From the NCBI GenBank assembly GCA_017533325.1, contig JAFXIF010000024.1, positions 1 through 56,007 on the forward strand: 56,007 nucleotides of DNA. Reading direction: 5' to 3'. This document shows, piece by piece, positions 38,066 through 46,606 of the stretch; within the stretch, counting starts at the first letter, position 1; every line of letters starts with the position of its first letter. The stretch comes from Alphaproteobacteria bacterium. GTDB lineage: Bacteria > Pseudomonadota > Alphaproteobacteria > CAAHEQ01 > UBA3637. The notes beneath the pieces were generated by a model, which searched no databases, was not told where the DNA came from, and saw only the letters and a list, made by a program, of their open reading frames with translations. A program made the translations under genes and the position numbers.

Positions 38066-39061
38066 TTATATCTTTTGAATAACTTTTTTCATTAAAGTAG
38101 AAAAAGGATAATTTGAAAATTCTTCTTTTGAAACAAATATTCCGTCAGAAAAAGGAGTGTCCGTATGTGTTTCAATTAAGTGAAGCGTTAAATGAAAATG
38201 TGTAAAAGTATGTGAAACGGTTTGATTTTTATTTTGCCACGAACTTTCAAAAATCGGCTTTTTTTCTTTAGTCCAAAAAAATTCATAAAGGCCGTGAAGT
38301 AATCCTTTTTCGCTTCGCTTTCTGATTAAAAAACGGCCTTGACTATCTTTAATTAAATGAACATATCCTTCAAAAGATTTCTTCTCCGGTTTTTTAATTA
38401 GCGGAATTTTATCTTGAAGTCCTTTTTGATTGGCTATGCAAAATTTTTGCCAAGGGCAAAGTAAACATTTGGGGTTTTGTGGTGTGCAAACGGTGGCTCC
38501 CAAATCCATAATGCCGGAGGCATAATCAGCCGGGCGCTCTTCATCTGTTAAGTGTTCGCCAAGTTCAAAAATTTTATTTTTATCCACTTGAGTTTCAATG
38601 CCATATAATCTGGATATAACACGGATAACATTTCCGTCAATAACGGTTTCCTTTTGATTAAATGCAAAAGCTAAAATGCTTGAAGCACTGTAAGGGCCGA
38701 TGCCGGGTAATTTTAAAAGTTCTTTTCTTTCTCTTAGAAATTTTCCTTGATATTTTTGAGTTAAAACTTTGGCACATTCATGAATTTTTCGAGCTCTTGT
38801 GTAATAGCCAAGCCCTTGCCAATAAAGAAGAACTTCTTCAATATCAGCTTGAGCTAATGTTTCAAGGTTTGGAAAACGTGTCATCCATTTTTCAAAATAC
38901 CCGATAACCGTTTTTACCGTTGTTTGTTGTAACATAATTTCGCTGATCCAAACTTGATAAGCATCAAAATGCGCTCCGCCGACAGTGCGCCAAGGTAATT
39001 TTCTTGCATTTTGGTAATACCACTTAACAAGTAAATCTGAAAGTTCTTTATTATTCTTCAT
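38066..39061 (-). CDS. mutY: A/G-specific adenine DNA glycosylase
   Basis: WISEIMLQQTTV, an LPGIGPYSA helix-hairpin-helix, 4Fe-4S Cys cluster C..P.C..CP....C, and a C-terminal NUDIX-like domain. Confidence 0.9.
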   Translation of the reverse strand: MKNNKELSDLLVKWYYQNARKLPWRTVGGAHFDAYQVWISEIMLQQTTVKTVIGYFEKWMTRFPNLETLAQADIEEVLLYWQGLGYYTRARKIHECAKVLTQKYQGKFLRERKELLKLPGIGPYSASSILAFAFNQKETVIDGNVIRVISRLYGIETQVDKNKIFELGEHLTDEERPADYASGIMDLGATVCTPQNPKCLLCPWQKFCIANQKGLQDKIPLIKKPEKKSFEGYVHLIKDSQGRFLIRKRSEKGLLHGLYEFFWTKEKKPIFESSWQNKNQTVSHTFTHFHLTLHLIETHTDTPFSDGIFVSKEEFSNYPFSTLMKKVIQKI

Positions 39062-41348
39062 GGGGAGTCAGTTTATCGTTATTTTCTGGCTCCGTCAATG
39101 AAAGAATTTCATTTTGAATGTTTTTTAAAAGTCTTTCTTTTGTTTGTTGGTTTAGCGTATCGGCTGAAGGATTAAAAAGCTCATCTTCTTCCTCAGAGTC
39201 CTCTTCTTCAGCATCAAAAGAATCGAGTAACGATTTTTCTTTTTCCCATAAATCAGTCGGGTGTTCTTGATTTTCAAAAACATGATCTTGTTGGTTAAAC
39301 GATTCTTCAGTAACTTCCTTGTCCTCTTCTTTGATTTCATTTGTTAAATCAATTTGTGGCTGTGGGGGAGGGGGAGAAAATTCTTTTTCTTTCTCACTGC
39401 TTGTCCCATTATTTTCGTCTTTGTCATTTTGCCTTAATAAAGGTGGTGTGGGATTTGAAAAATAGTCTTCTTCCTCTTCTATATCCGGTTGCGAAGATTT
39501 TAGTTCTTTATCATTTAAGGTGTCTGACTCTTCCACAGGCGGCTCTTTTATTGCCTCTGGCGTATTTTCTTGAGCTGGCTCATCTTTCTTTTCAGCTTCA
39601 GTCTTTTTTTTGTTTTTTGAATAAATTTGAAGTTTGCGCCCCGTTTTATCCACATTTAAAAAGACATCTTGCCCCGGTTTAATTTTTTCTTGCATGATTA
39701 AGAAAGAAAGCGGGTTTTCGACTTGATTTTGAATTAAACGTTTTAATGCGCGTACACCGAATTTGGAGGTAAACACTTCATCAACAAACCAATCTTTTGC
39801 CGAATCGGCAACAACAACATTGTATCCAACGGCTTTTGCTCTTTTTAAAAGTTTGTTTAAGTGAATATCAACAATCACGCGTAAATGTTCTTCATTTAAC
39901 TGATGGAAAGATACAATATCATCTAAACGGTTTAAAAATTCCGGTCTGAAATATTCGCTTAATTTTTCAACACGTTGATAACTCGGTAAATTTGCTCCGA
40001 CGTTTGATGTTAAAATAACAATGGTATTTCTAAAATCAACGGTAACGCCTTTACTGTCAGTTAATCGCCCTTCATCAAGAAGTTGCAACATTAAGTTTAA
40101 AATATCTAAGTGGGCTTTTTCAATTTCGTCAAACAAAACAACTTGGAATGGGCGCAAACGAACGGATTCGGTTAATAATCCGCCGGCTTCAAAGCCGGGC
40201 GTTCCCGGAGGTGGACCAATTAGCCTTGCCACAGAAGTGCGTTCCATATATTCACTCATATCCAAGCGAAGAAGTGCTGTTTCATCATTAAACATAAAGT
40301 CTGCCAATGATTTGGCAAGCTCCGTTTTACCCACGCCGGTTGTCCCGATGAAAAGAAACGAACCAATCGGTCTGTTTGGATCTTGAAGGCCGGATCTTGC
40401 GCGTCTTAAAGCATTGGCAACCACAACAACGGCGCTATCTTGACCGACAACACGTTGCTTTAAATAAAATTCGGCATTTGCTAGACGTTGTTTGTCTTCG
40501 GCATCCACTTTTTCAACAGGAATGCCCGTCCAAGAGGAAATGATTCGATTACAAAAGTCGATTGTTAAAATATTATTGTCTTCCGCTAATTCCCCCTTTG
40601 CAATGTCAATCATTAAAAGGGAGGCAGCGTCATCTAATAAATCCAACGCTTTAGAAGGAAAAGCTCGTTGTTTGACGTATCGATGCGCTAATTGACAAGC
40701 AGCTATAACTGTTTCATTTGGAATTTGAACATTATAATGATTTTCATAAGTTGCTTTAAGTTCGGTAACAATTTCAATGCTTTCGGCTAATGAGGGTTCT
40801 TCTAACAATAAGCGTTGAACACAATTCATCACTTGATTGTCCTTTTCCATATAGCTGACAAATGTTGTTGTTTCCGCCTCGATTAAACAGTTGATACTTC
40901 CGTTTAATAAACAAAGTTTTAAAAATTTGGCAGGCTCTTTGTTTTCAGGTGCGGTATCCGTATGAACCAACAAAGAAATATCTTTAAGGTATAAGATTTT
41001 ACTGCCTTCCGATTCTTTGATATGTTGCATGACTTTTTTAACAAGTTCTGCATATTCCGATTCATTTGAGGTATCCATCATCACTTTGGCAATATCGATG
41101 CCAACAACTTGTTTTGCTTGCAAAAATTCAGGAGCATCCTCAGAAGCCATAAAGGCAATAAGGCCTTCTAAAAGAGCAGTTTTCCCAATGCCGTTTGTTC
41201 CGACAACAACGGGATTATTTTTTTGATTTTTAAGCAAAATATGAATCAATCGTTCAAGTTCTTTTTCTCGTCCGATTAAATGTCCGATTTCATTTTTTTG
41301 TGCCAACTCAGTATAATTGATGAGATACTCTTCAATTTCAAATGACAT
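39051..41348 (-). CDS. Atypical two-ring Hsp100/Clp-family AAA+ ATPase with degenerate D1, intact D2 and a long acidic low-complexity C-terminal tail
   Basis: D1 has LIGREKELERL..KNNPVVVGTNGIGKTAL, but Walker B reads ILYLKDIS and the RRFQ arginine-finger region reads NCVQRL. D2 has GTTGVGKTELAK, VVLFDEIEKAH, ILTSNVG and FRPEFLNRLD. The last ~190 aa are E/D/P/K-rich. Confidence 0.8.
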   Translation of the reverse strand: MSFEIEEYLINYTELAQKNEIGHLIGREKELERLIHILLKNQKNNPVVVGTNGIGKTALLEGLIAFMASEDAPEFLQAKQVVGIDIAKVMMDTSNESEYAELVKKVMQHIKESEGSKILYLKDISLLVHTDTAPENKEPAKFLKLCLLNGSINCLIEAETTTFVSYMEKDNQVMNCVQRLLLEEPSLAESIEIVTELKATYENHYNVQIPNETVIAACQLAHRYVKQRAFPSKALDLLDDAASLLMIDIAKGELAEDNNILTIDFCNRIISSWTGIPVEKVDAEDKQRLANAEFYLKQRVVGQDSAVVVVANALRRARSGLQDPNRPIGSFLFIGTTGVGKTELAKSLADFMFNDETALLRLDMSEYMERTSVARLIGPPPGTPGFEAGGLLTESVRLRPFQVVLFDEIEKAHLDILNLMLQLLDEGRLTDSKGVTVDFRNTIVILTSNVGANLPSYQRVEKLSEYFRPEFLNRLDDIVSFHQLNEEHLRVIVDIHLNKLLKRAKAVGYNVVVADSAKDWFVDEVFTSKFGVRALKRLIQNQVENPLSFLIMQEKIKPGQDVFLNVDKTGRKLQIYSKNKKKTEAEKKDEPAQENTPEAIKEPPVEESDTLNDKELKSSQPDIEEEEDYFSNPTPPLLRQNDKDENNGTSSEKEKEFSPPPPQPQIDLTNEIKEEDKEVTEESFNQQDHVFENQEHPTDLWEKEKSLLDSFDAEEEDSEEEDELFNPSADTLNQQTKERLLKNIQNEILSLTEPENNDKLTPHEE

Positions 41349-41356
41349 AAGTGCCT

Positions 41357-41728
41357 CTATTCACCAAAGTTATCTTCTTCGGAAACAAAATTAAATGTTT
41401 TAATCGTTTTCATTTCAGCAAGGGAATCTTCCCATTTAAAGTAATCTTCGTTTTGAAGGTCATTGCTTTCTAAAATAAGATAAGCATCATAGGCAGAACC
41501 AACCATTTTAGCATGCAAAAATGAGGTTTGTTCATTTCCCCAAATAAGCTTATCGCTGTCATCCGGAAGACCATAAACCGTAAAGACCAAATCCCAAAAC
41601 TCATTTTGTCGGTCTTTTTTAATTTTCATATTTTTAGCGCTGGTATTTAAAGAGGCATCGCCTTTATTTTTATAAAAAATGCGATATGAAATATTTTCTG
41701 TTGCAAGAGATGTAAAATCAATAATCAT
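41357..41728 (-). CDS. Hypothetical protein (123 aa)
   Basis: ATGA-coupled to the upstream gene and 8 nt upstream of the Clp-like gene. No motif recognised. Confidence 0.5.
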   Translation of the reverse strand: MIIDFTSLATENISYRIFYKNKGDASLNTSAKNMKIKKDRQNEFWDLVFTVYGLPDDSDKLIWGNEQTSFLHAKMVGSAYDAYLILESNDLQNEDYFKWEDSLAEMKTIKTFNFVSEEDNFGE

Positions 41729-42486
41729 TGTTTCTCTATATCAGCTCGTTCAAAAGTCATCCGTTTAATATAGCGTGTTTCTTCCTCTTTTGATTGGTCG
41801 TAAATGCAGTTTTTAATATCCGAAAGAACATATAATTTTCTTGTTAAACGACAATCTTTTTCATAAGCAATGGATAAAGCTGGTGGTAGGGTTTCATCAA
41901 TTTTTGTTAAAATATATCCTTGATCCAATAAAATATCTTCAACTTCAGTAGGCGCCATTCCCAAACCAACACTTGCAATTAAAAATCCGTTAGCGTCATG
42001 TCTTTCACCTAAAGGAGATCTATAGGGGCCTTTTTCTCCTTGCGCTCTTCTTTTAGCAATCAGGCGAGAAAGTTCATCTTCGCGTTTTTCAGTCATATTT
42101 AATGGGGTATCGCGTTTTAAAATATCTTTTTCGTCAATTCTATCTTCGTCAAATTGTTTTTCTTGCACCGGTTTTCTGATAGATGGGTCCAAATCAATTC
42201 TAAGATCGGGAATAGGTGTTAATCTTAAAGATTGAATAGGGGTGGAATGACGACCCAAGTTCGGCTTTTTTGACTGAGTGTTTTGGGTATTTGATTTTTT
42301 TTCTTTTTGTTGACCTCTTTCTTGAGTTTCTTGAGATTGAATATCAAATAAAGAAGAACCTGTTTTTTCTTGTTTGACTTCTTCTTTTTGAAAAGAGGGC
42401 ATTTCATCAAAAAGAGGTACAACTTCACCAGCCATACTCGTTGAGCTTAAAAAAAGAATGCTTAAACAAAAAAACGTTATTTTCAT
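41725..42486 (-). CDS. Secreted hypothetical protein (253 aa) with Lys/Glu/Gln-rich N-terminal half
   Basis: Signal peptide MKITFFCLSILFLSSTSMAGE. GGGGG Shine-Dalgarno site. No motif recognised. Confidence 0.55.
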   Translation of the reverse strand: MKITFFCLSILFLSSTSMAGEVVPLFDEMPSFQKEEVKQEKTGSSLFDIQSQETQERGQQKEKKSNTQNTQSKKPNLGRHSTPIQSLRLTPIPDLRIDLDPSIRKPVQEKQFDEDRIDEKDILKRDTPLNMTEKREDELSRLIAKRRAQGEKGPYRSPLGERHDANGFLIASVGLGMAPTEVEDILLDQGYILTKIDETLPPALSIAYEKDCRLTRKLYVLSDIKNCIYDQSKEEETRYIKRMTFERADIEKQ

Positions 42487-42575
42487 ATCTGACCCCCTAG
42501 ATTTGACTTGACCTTTTTTTATTATACATATATTCTTTAAAGTAACAAGTAAATATTTTTAAATCAAGGAAAAAC

Positions 42576-43157
42576 ATGATGAATTTAAATTCGGTAGCAG
42601 TTTTTTGCGGAGGAAGCTCCGGCAGAAAAGCCATTTATATGCAAGAAGCCCATCGTTTGGGTGAAATTTTAGCGCGTAAGGAAATTAAATTAATTTACGG
42701 AGCGGGGACAACCGGTTTAATGGGTGCTGTTGCAGATGGAGCATTTTCGGAAAACGGATATGTTATCGGAGCAACAATCAGAGAGCTTTATGATATTGAA
42801 AAACCTGCTGAAATTGCAAAAAAAGCCGCTGAATTTGAAGTTTGGGATCAAATGGCAAAACGAAAAGTTTCAATGGTTGATCAAGCAGATGCGATTGCTA
42901 TTTTACCAGGCGGTTTCGGAACGATGGATGAACTTTTTGAAGTATTGACCTTGCGACAACTTGGGATTATAAAGTCTCCGATTATTGTTGTTAATATTGA
43001 CGGGTTTTATAACACATTGCAGCAATTTTTATTTGAAATGGTTGGAGAAGGATTTGTGAAACCTCATCAAATTAAATTGCTCACATTTGTCAGATCTGTT
43101 GATGAAGTATTGCCGGAAATTGAACATCAACTTTTAATGGCGCAACAATCAAAATAA
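42576..43157 (+). CDS. LOG-family protein (TIGR00730, cytokinin riboside 5'-monophosphate phosphoribohydrolase-like)
   Basis: VFCGGSSG, GAGTTGLMGAVADGA, PGGFGTMDELFE. Confidence 0.85.
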   Translation: MMNLNSVAVFCGGSSGRKAIYMQEAHRLGEILARKEIKLIYGAGTTGLMGAVADGAFSENGYVIGATIRELYDIEKPAEIAKKAAEFEVWDQMAKRKVSMVDQADAIAILPGGFGTMDELFEVLTLRQLGIIKSPIIVVNIDGFYNTLQQFLFEMVGEGFVKPHQIKLLTFVRSVDEVLPEIEHQLLMAQQSK

Positions 43158-43176
43158 TTTTAAGGAGAAATTATTG

Positions 43177-43947
43177 ATGAAAAAAAATGCGATTATTTTA
43201 TTAACTTTTGGAGCTTTGCTTATTTGTGGATGTGCTCACAAACCGACAGATCCTGTCGCCTTAAAAGCTTATGAGGAAGCAAATGACCCATTAGAACCAT
43301 TTAATCGCGCTATGTTTGAAACGAATATGTTGTTAGATGCAGCTATTTTAAAGCCCGTTGCCAAGGGGTATCGTGCCGTAACGCCTGAATTTGTTCGGAA
43401 AGGAGTTTCAAATGTTTTTACAAACCTTAAACAACCGGGATATTTGATTAATTCTTTATTACAAGGAAAAGGAGAGGCGGCTTATGATATTTCAAGACGT
43501 TTCTTTGCGAACACATTTTTAGGGCTTGGTGGTCTTTTTGATGTGGCCTCAGATATGAATATTCCGATGAATACAAATGATTTTGGTGAAACTTTAGCCG
43601 TTTGGGGATGGGAAAAAAGTGAGCCTTATATCGTTTGGCCGGTGTTGGGGCCTTCAAATCCAAGAGATACATTTGGTACCGGATTTAATATGGCGCTTTC
43701 AACAGCGGAACTCAGTGTCATTCATGAACCGGCGGTTCGATATGGCGTGTTAGCTTTGGATACTATTCAAACACGCGAAAAAAATATTGAATTTATTGAA
43801 AGTTTAGAAAAAGGCACAACTGATTTATACGCAACGGTGCGTAGCATGTATCGCCAAAACCGAGAAAAGAAAATTAATCAGGCAACTGGAGCGATGGAAG
43901 AACAATCTCCATTAGCGTATGATTTTGATTTTGATGATGAAGAGTAG
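43177..43947 (+). CDS. mlaA: MlaA/VacJ outer-membrane lipoprotein
   Basis: Lipobox LLICGC. DPLEPFNRAMFETN...KGYRAVTP..VRKGVSNVFTNL. The ATG at 43177 has an AAGGAG Shine-Dalgarno site. Confidence 0.85.
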   Translation: MKKNAIILLTFGALLICGCAHKPTDPVALKAYEEANDPLEPFNRAMFETNMLLDAAILKPVAKGYRAVTPEFVRKGVSNVFTNLKQPGYLINSLLQGKGEAAYDISRRFFANTFLGLGGLFDVASDMNIPMNTNDFGETLAVWGWEKSEPYIVWPVLGPSNPRDTFGTGFNMALSTAELSVIHEPAVRYGVLALDTIQTREKNIEFIESLEKGTTDLYATVRSMYRQNREKKINQATGAMEEQSPLAYDFDFDDEE

Positions 43948-43956
43948 AGGTATAAA

Positions 43957-44553
43957 ATGAAAAAAATAACAGCGTTTTTTTTATCAGTTTTGTTAATGTC
44001 TTTGCCTGTAAAGGCGGAACAAGCCGGTATTGATTTTACCAAAAAGTTAGCAGATGATATTATTGTGAATGTTTTAAGTGCAAATATTTCTGATGATGAA
44101 AAGCTTAAAATTTTTCATGATAGATTTAAAGAAGATTTGGATATTCAAACGATTGGTAAGCATGTAACCGGTGTTTATTGGAGAAAAGCAACGCCGAAAG
44201 AACAACAAGAATTTTTAACGGCTTTTCTTGATTTTGCAACGAAGTCCTGGGCGGATAAATTTAATCTTTACACCGGTCAAAAAATTAATTTTACGGGAAT
44301 TCAAGCAGCTAAATCCGGTCAGTTTTTTGTTTCAAGTTCCGTAGAAGGGAATCCGCCGGCTGAAGTTTTGTGGCGTATTAAAAAAGCCGGATCGACTTAT
44401 AAAATTACGGATATTGTGATTGAGGGTGTGAGCATGGTCACAAGTTATCGAAATGAATATGTTGCCTTTTTGCATAAAAATGGTGGAAAATTAGCTAATT
44501 TGACCCAAGAATTACAACGAAAATCGCAAGCTTTTTCTTTTACAAAAAAATAA
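43957..44553 (+). CDS. mlaC: Phospholipid-binding protein MlaC (Ttg2D family)
   Basis: Signal peptide. The layout ..VTGVYWRKATPKEQQEF...F.....Y..KF..Y.GQ....G... is typical of MlaC. Adjacent to mlaA. Confidence 0.75.
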   Translation: MKKITAFFLSVLLMSLPVKAEQAGIDFTKKLADDIIVNVLSANISDDEKLKIFHDRFKEDLDIQTIGKHVTGVYWRKATPKEQQEFLTAFLDFATKSWADKFNLYTGQKINFTGIQAAKSGQFFVSSSVEGNPPAEVLWRIKKAGSTYKITDIVIEGVSMVTSYRNEYVAFLHKNGGKLANLTQELQRKSQAFSFTKK

Positions 44554-44564
44554 GTAATATTGTT

Positions 44565-44596
44565 AAAAACCGGAGGAAAAATCTTCCGGTTTTTCT
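44565..44596 (+). terminator. Rho-independent terminator after mlaC
   Basis: aaaaaccggagg-aaaaatc-ttccggttttt hairpin with a T-run. Confidence 0.6.
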
Positions 44597-44619
44597 TTAA
44601 AACAAGGATGTGAATTCTT

Positions 44620-45114
44620 ATGAAAAAAATCCCGACAATTTATTTAATGCATGGATTTATCGGATGCGGAAAAACAACTGTCGCCAAACAAATTCAAAAA
44701 GAAACCGGGGCTATTTTATTAACTCATGATGATTTTATGATTAAAGAATATGGAAGAAATCCAGAAGATTTTTCAAAAGCAAGATTTGATATTATTGATG
44801 AAAAAATAAAATCAATTGCAAAAGAAGAAATCGCAAAAGGCAATTCGGTGATTATGGATTATGGTTTTTGGGAAAAAGAAACCAGAAAAAAATATTTTAA
44901 ATGGGCAAAAAACTTGACTTCTGATGTTCAGTTTTTAGCTGTTCAGTGCGATATTGAAATTGCAAAACAGCGCGCCTTAAAACGAACTGAAGATGATTTG
45001 ACTCAATTTGTGATTAACGAAGAAATTTTTTCAGATCGGTTAAAACGATTTGAACCGATGACGAAAGAAGAATCGCAAAAAGAAGAGTATCAAACAAAAT
45101 TTTTTAAGACTTAA
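44620..45114 (+). CDS. P-loop kinase-like ATPase (AAA_33 / zeta-toxin-like fold)
   Basis: Walker A GFIGCGKTT near the N-terminus. 164 aa. No partner gene is evident. Confidence 0.6.
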   Translation: MKKIPTIYLMHGFIGCGKTTVAKQIQKETGAILLTHDDFMIKEYGRNPEDFSKARFDIIDEKIKSIAKEEIAKGNSVIMDYGFWEKETRKKYFKWAKNLTSDVQFLAVQCDIEIAKQRALKRTEDDLTQFVINEEIFSDRLKRFEPMTKEESQKEEYQTKFFKT

Positions 45115-45123
45115 TTTTTAAAA

Positions 45124-45372
45124 CTATTTTAAGGCTTCTAAAATAGCTTGTGCCAATTGATCAGCGCAAGAAGTTCCTTTCCCTCTACAATCGTTGCCTT
45201 TTAAAATGAGAGCAATCTCTTTAGCGTCTTTACCTTCAACCAATTTTGAAATAGCGCATAAATTTCCCATGCAACCGCCAATGAATTTGAGATTAAAAAT
45301 TTTTCCGTCTTTAATATCGAAGCTGATGTTTTGGGAGCAAACGCCTGTTGGGGTATATGAAAAATGTTGCAT
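45124..45372 (-). CDS. TSCPD-domain protein (TIGR03905-like)
   Basis: 82 aa. ..FIGGCMGNL.....L..G........L.G..C..KGTSCADQLA matches the small stand-alone TSCPD family. Confidence 0.65.
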   Translation of the reverse strand: MQHFSYTPTGVCSQNISFDIKDGKIFNLKFIGGCMGNLCAISKLVEGKDAKEIALILKGNDCRGKGTSCADQLAQAILEALK

Positions 45373-45489
45373 AATCTATCCTTTCTTTTTTTATTCTTAT
45401 ATCAAAAACAAAAGTTCTTCGCAATGATTTTAAGAGTTGACAGAAATATTTTTTAATGCACAAATAAAAATTATTTTAGGGAGGATATT

Positions 45490-46386
45490 ATGGACCAGAC
45501 AGAAGAATTTTTAAAAGAATATAATGATTGGTCAAGCCAATCAAAATTTGATGATTTTAAATTTATCACAAGATTGACACCGGAGCATCAAGAAAAACTT
45601 CTTTCCGGTGCCCTTGTGAATGGATGGGCTTTTTTGTTTGGACCGTTTTATTATTTGTATCTTGGGTTAATTCGAAGTGTATTTTATATCATTCTTAGCT
45701 TGTTTTTTTTCAGTTTTGGATTTTATATCGGATTATTATGTTATGTGGTATTTGCTTTGATTTTAAGTGTGAGAGCTAATAAGCATTATATTGATTATTT
45801 GAAGAGAAAAAAAGAAAAGTATCAAGATTTTAATCCGGATGCCGATACGCCGTATTTTAACATTACAACTAACAGATTGTTAATATTATCATTGATTACC
45901 GGTGGTGTTTATTTAATGTATTGGATATATCGAAATGCAAAAGTTATTAGAAAATATCAAAAAGATAGGCTTAGACCGGTATGGCAGGCAATTTTTATGT
46001 CTTTTACCTCTATCAATGTTTTTCGAGCTATTTCGCATTCAGTCAAAGCATTGGGGTATGAAAAAGATTTAAACCCAAAACTTTCTGCTTGGTTAGTTCT
46101 TTTTTTAACGGCGACATATTCTTATGAATATAACGGAGAAGAGGCTTCGCTTTTATCATTGGAGTTTCTCTTGGGTTTGGTTGTTATTTATTGGGTAATG
46201 ATTTTCTTGACAAGTATTTTATTTGTTAAATATCAAAAAGCTATTGCTTTTTATTCCGAAAAGAAGAATATTCCTGTTGCCAAAATAACAGGGTGGGAAT
46301 GCTTTTTTGTTTTTATCGGATGCTTGATTAATTCCAGTTTGATTATTTCAACAGTTATTATTATTTTAAATTTATTCATCCAATAA
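45490..46386 (+). CDS. Multi-pass membrane protein with DUF2628-like and DUF4234-like segments
   Basis: NGWAFLFGPFYYLYLGL (DUF2628-like) and GGVYLMYWIYRNAKVIRKY (DUF4234-like). GGGAGG Shine-Dalgarno site. Confidence 0.55.
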   Translation: MDQTEEFLKEYNDWSSQSKFDDFKFITRLTPEHQEKLLSGALVNGWAFLFGPFYYLYLGLIRSVFYIILSLFFFSFGFYIGLLCYVVFALILSVRANKHYIDYLKRKKEKYQDFNPDADTPYFNITTNRLLILSLITGGVYLMYWIYRNAKVIRKYQKDRLRPVWQAIFMSFTSINVFRAISHSVKALGYEKDLNPKLSAWLVLFLTATYSYEYNGEEASLLSLEFLLGLVVIYWVMIFLTSILFVKYQKAIAFYSEKKNIPVAKITGWECFFVFIGCLINSSLIISTVIIILNLFIQ

Positions 46387-46481
46387 AGGCTGATTTTATT
46401 TGCCGTAACGCGATAAATCAAAAGAGTTCGCTTACTGATATTTTACATAAAAAACATCATTTTTCTCGGACTTTTTTAGGT

Positions 46482-46553
46482 TGGGGGATAATCCCCCTTT
46501 GTTGGATTTAAGATTTTTGAATGTCTTTATATTCCAGATACGTAGAAAAAGAT
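46482..46553. repeat. Degenerate tRNA-Lys 3'-end core (tgggggg) plus a conserved ~52-bp segment. Copy 1 of an islet-end repeat.
   Basis: 46502-46553 matches 48481-48533 with 3 mismatches. The preceding tgggggg-ataatccc matches tggtggg-ataagccc at 48463-48477. Confidence 0.8.
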
Positions 46554-46606
46554 GCCTGTTTGTCAGATTGACTTTTTATCTCTTTTTTTTCAGTATATAC
46601 GTTTTT

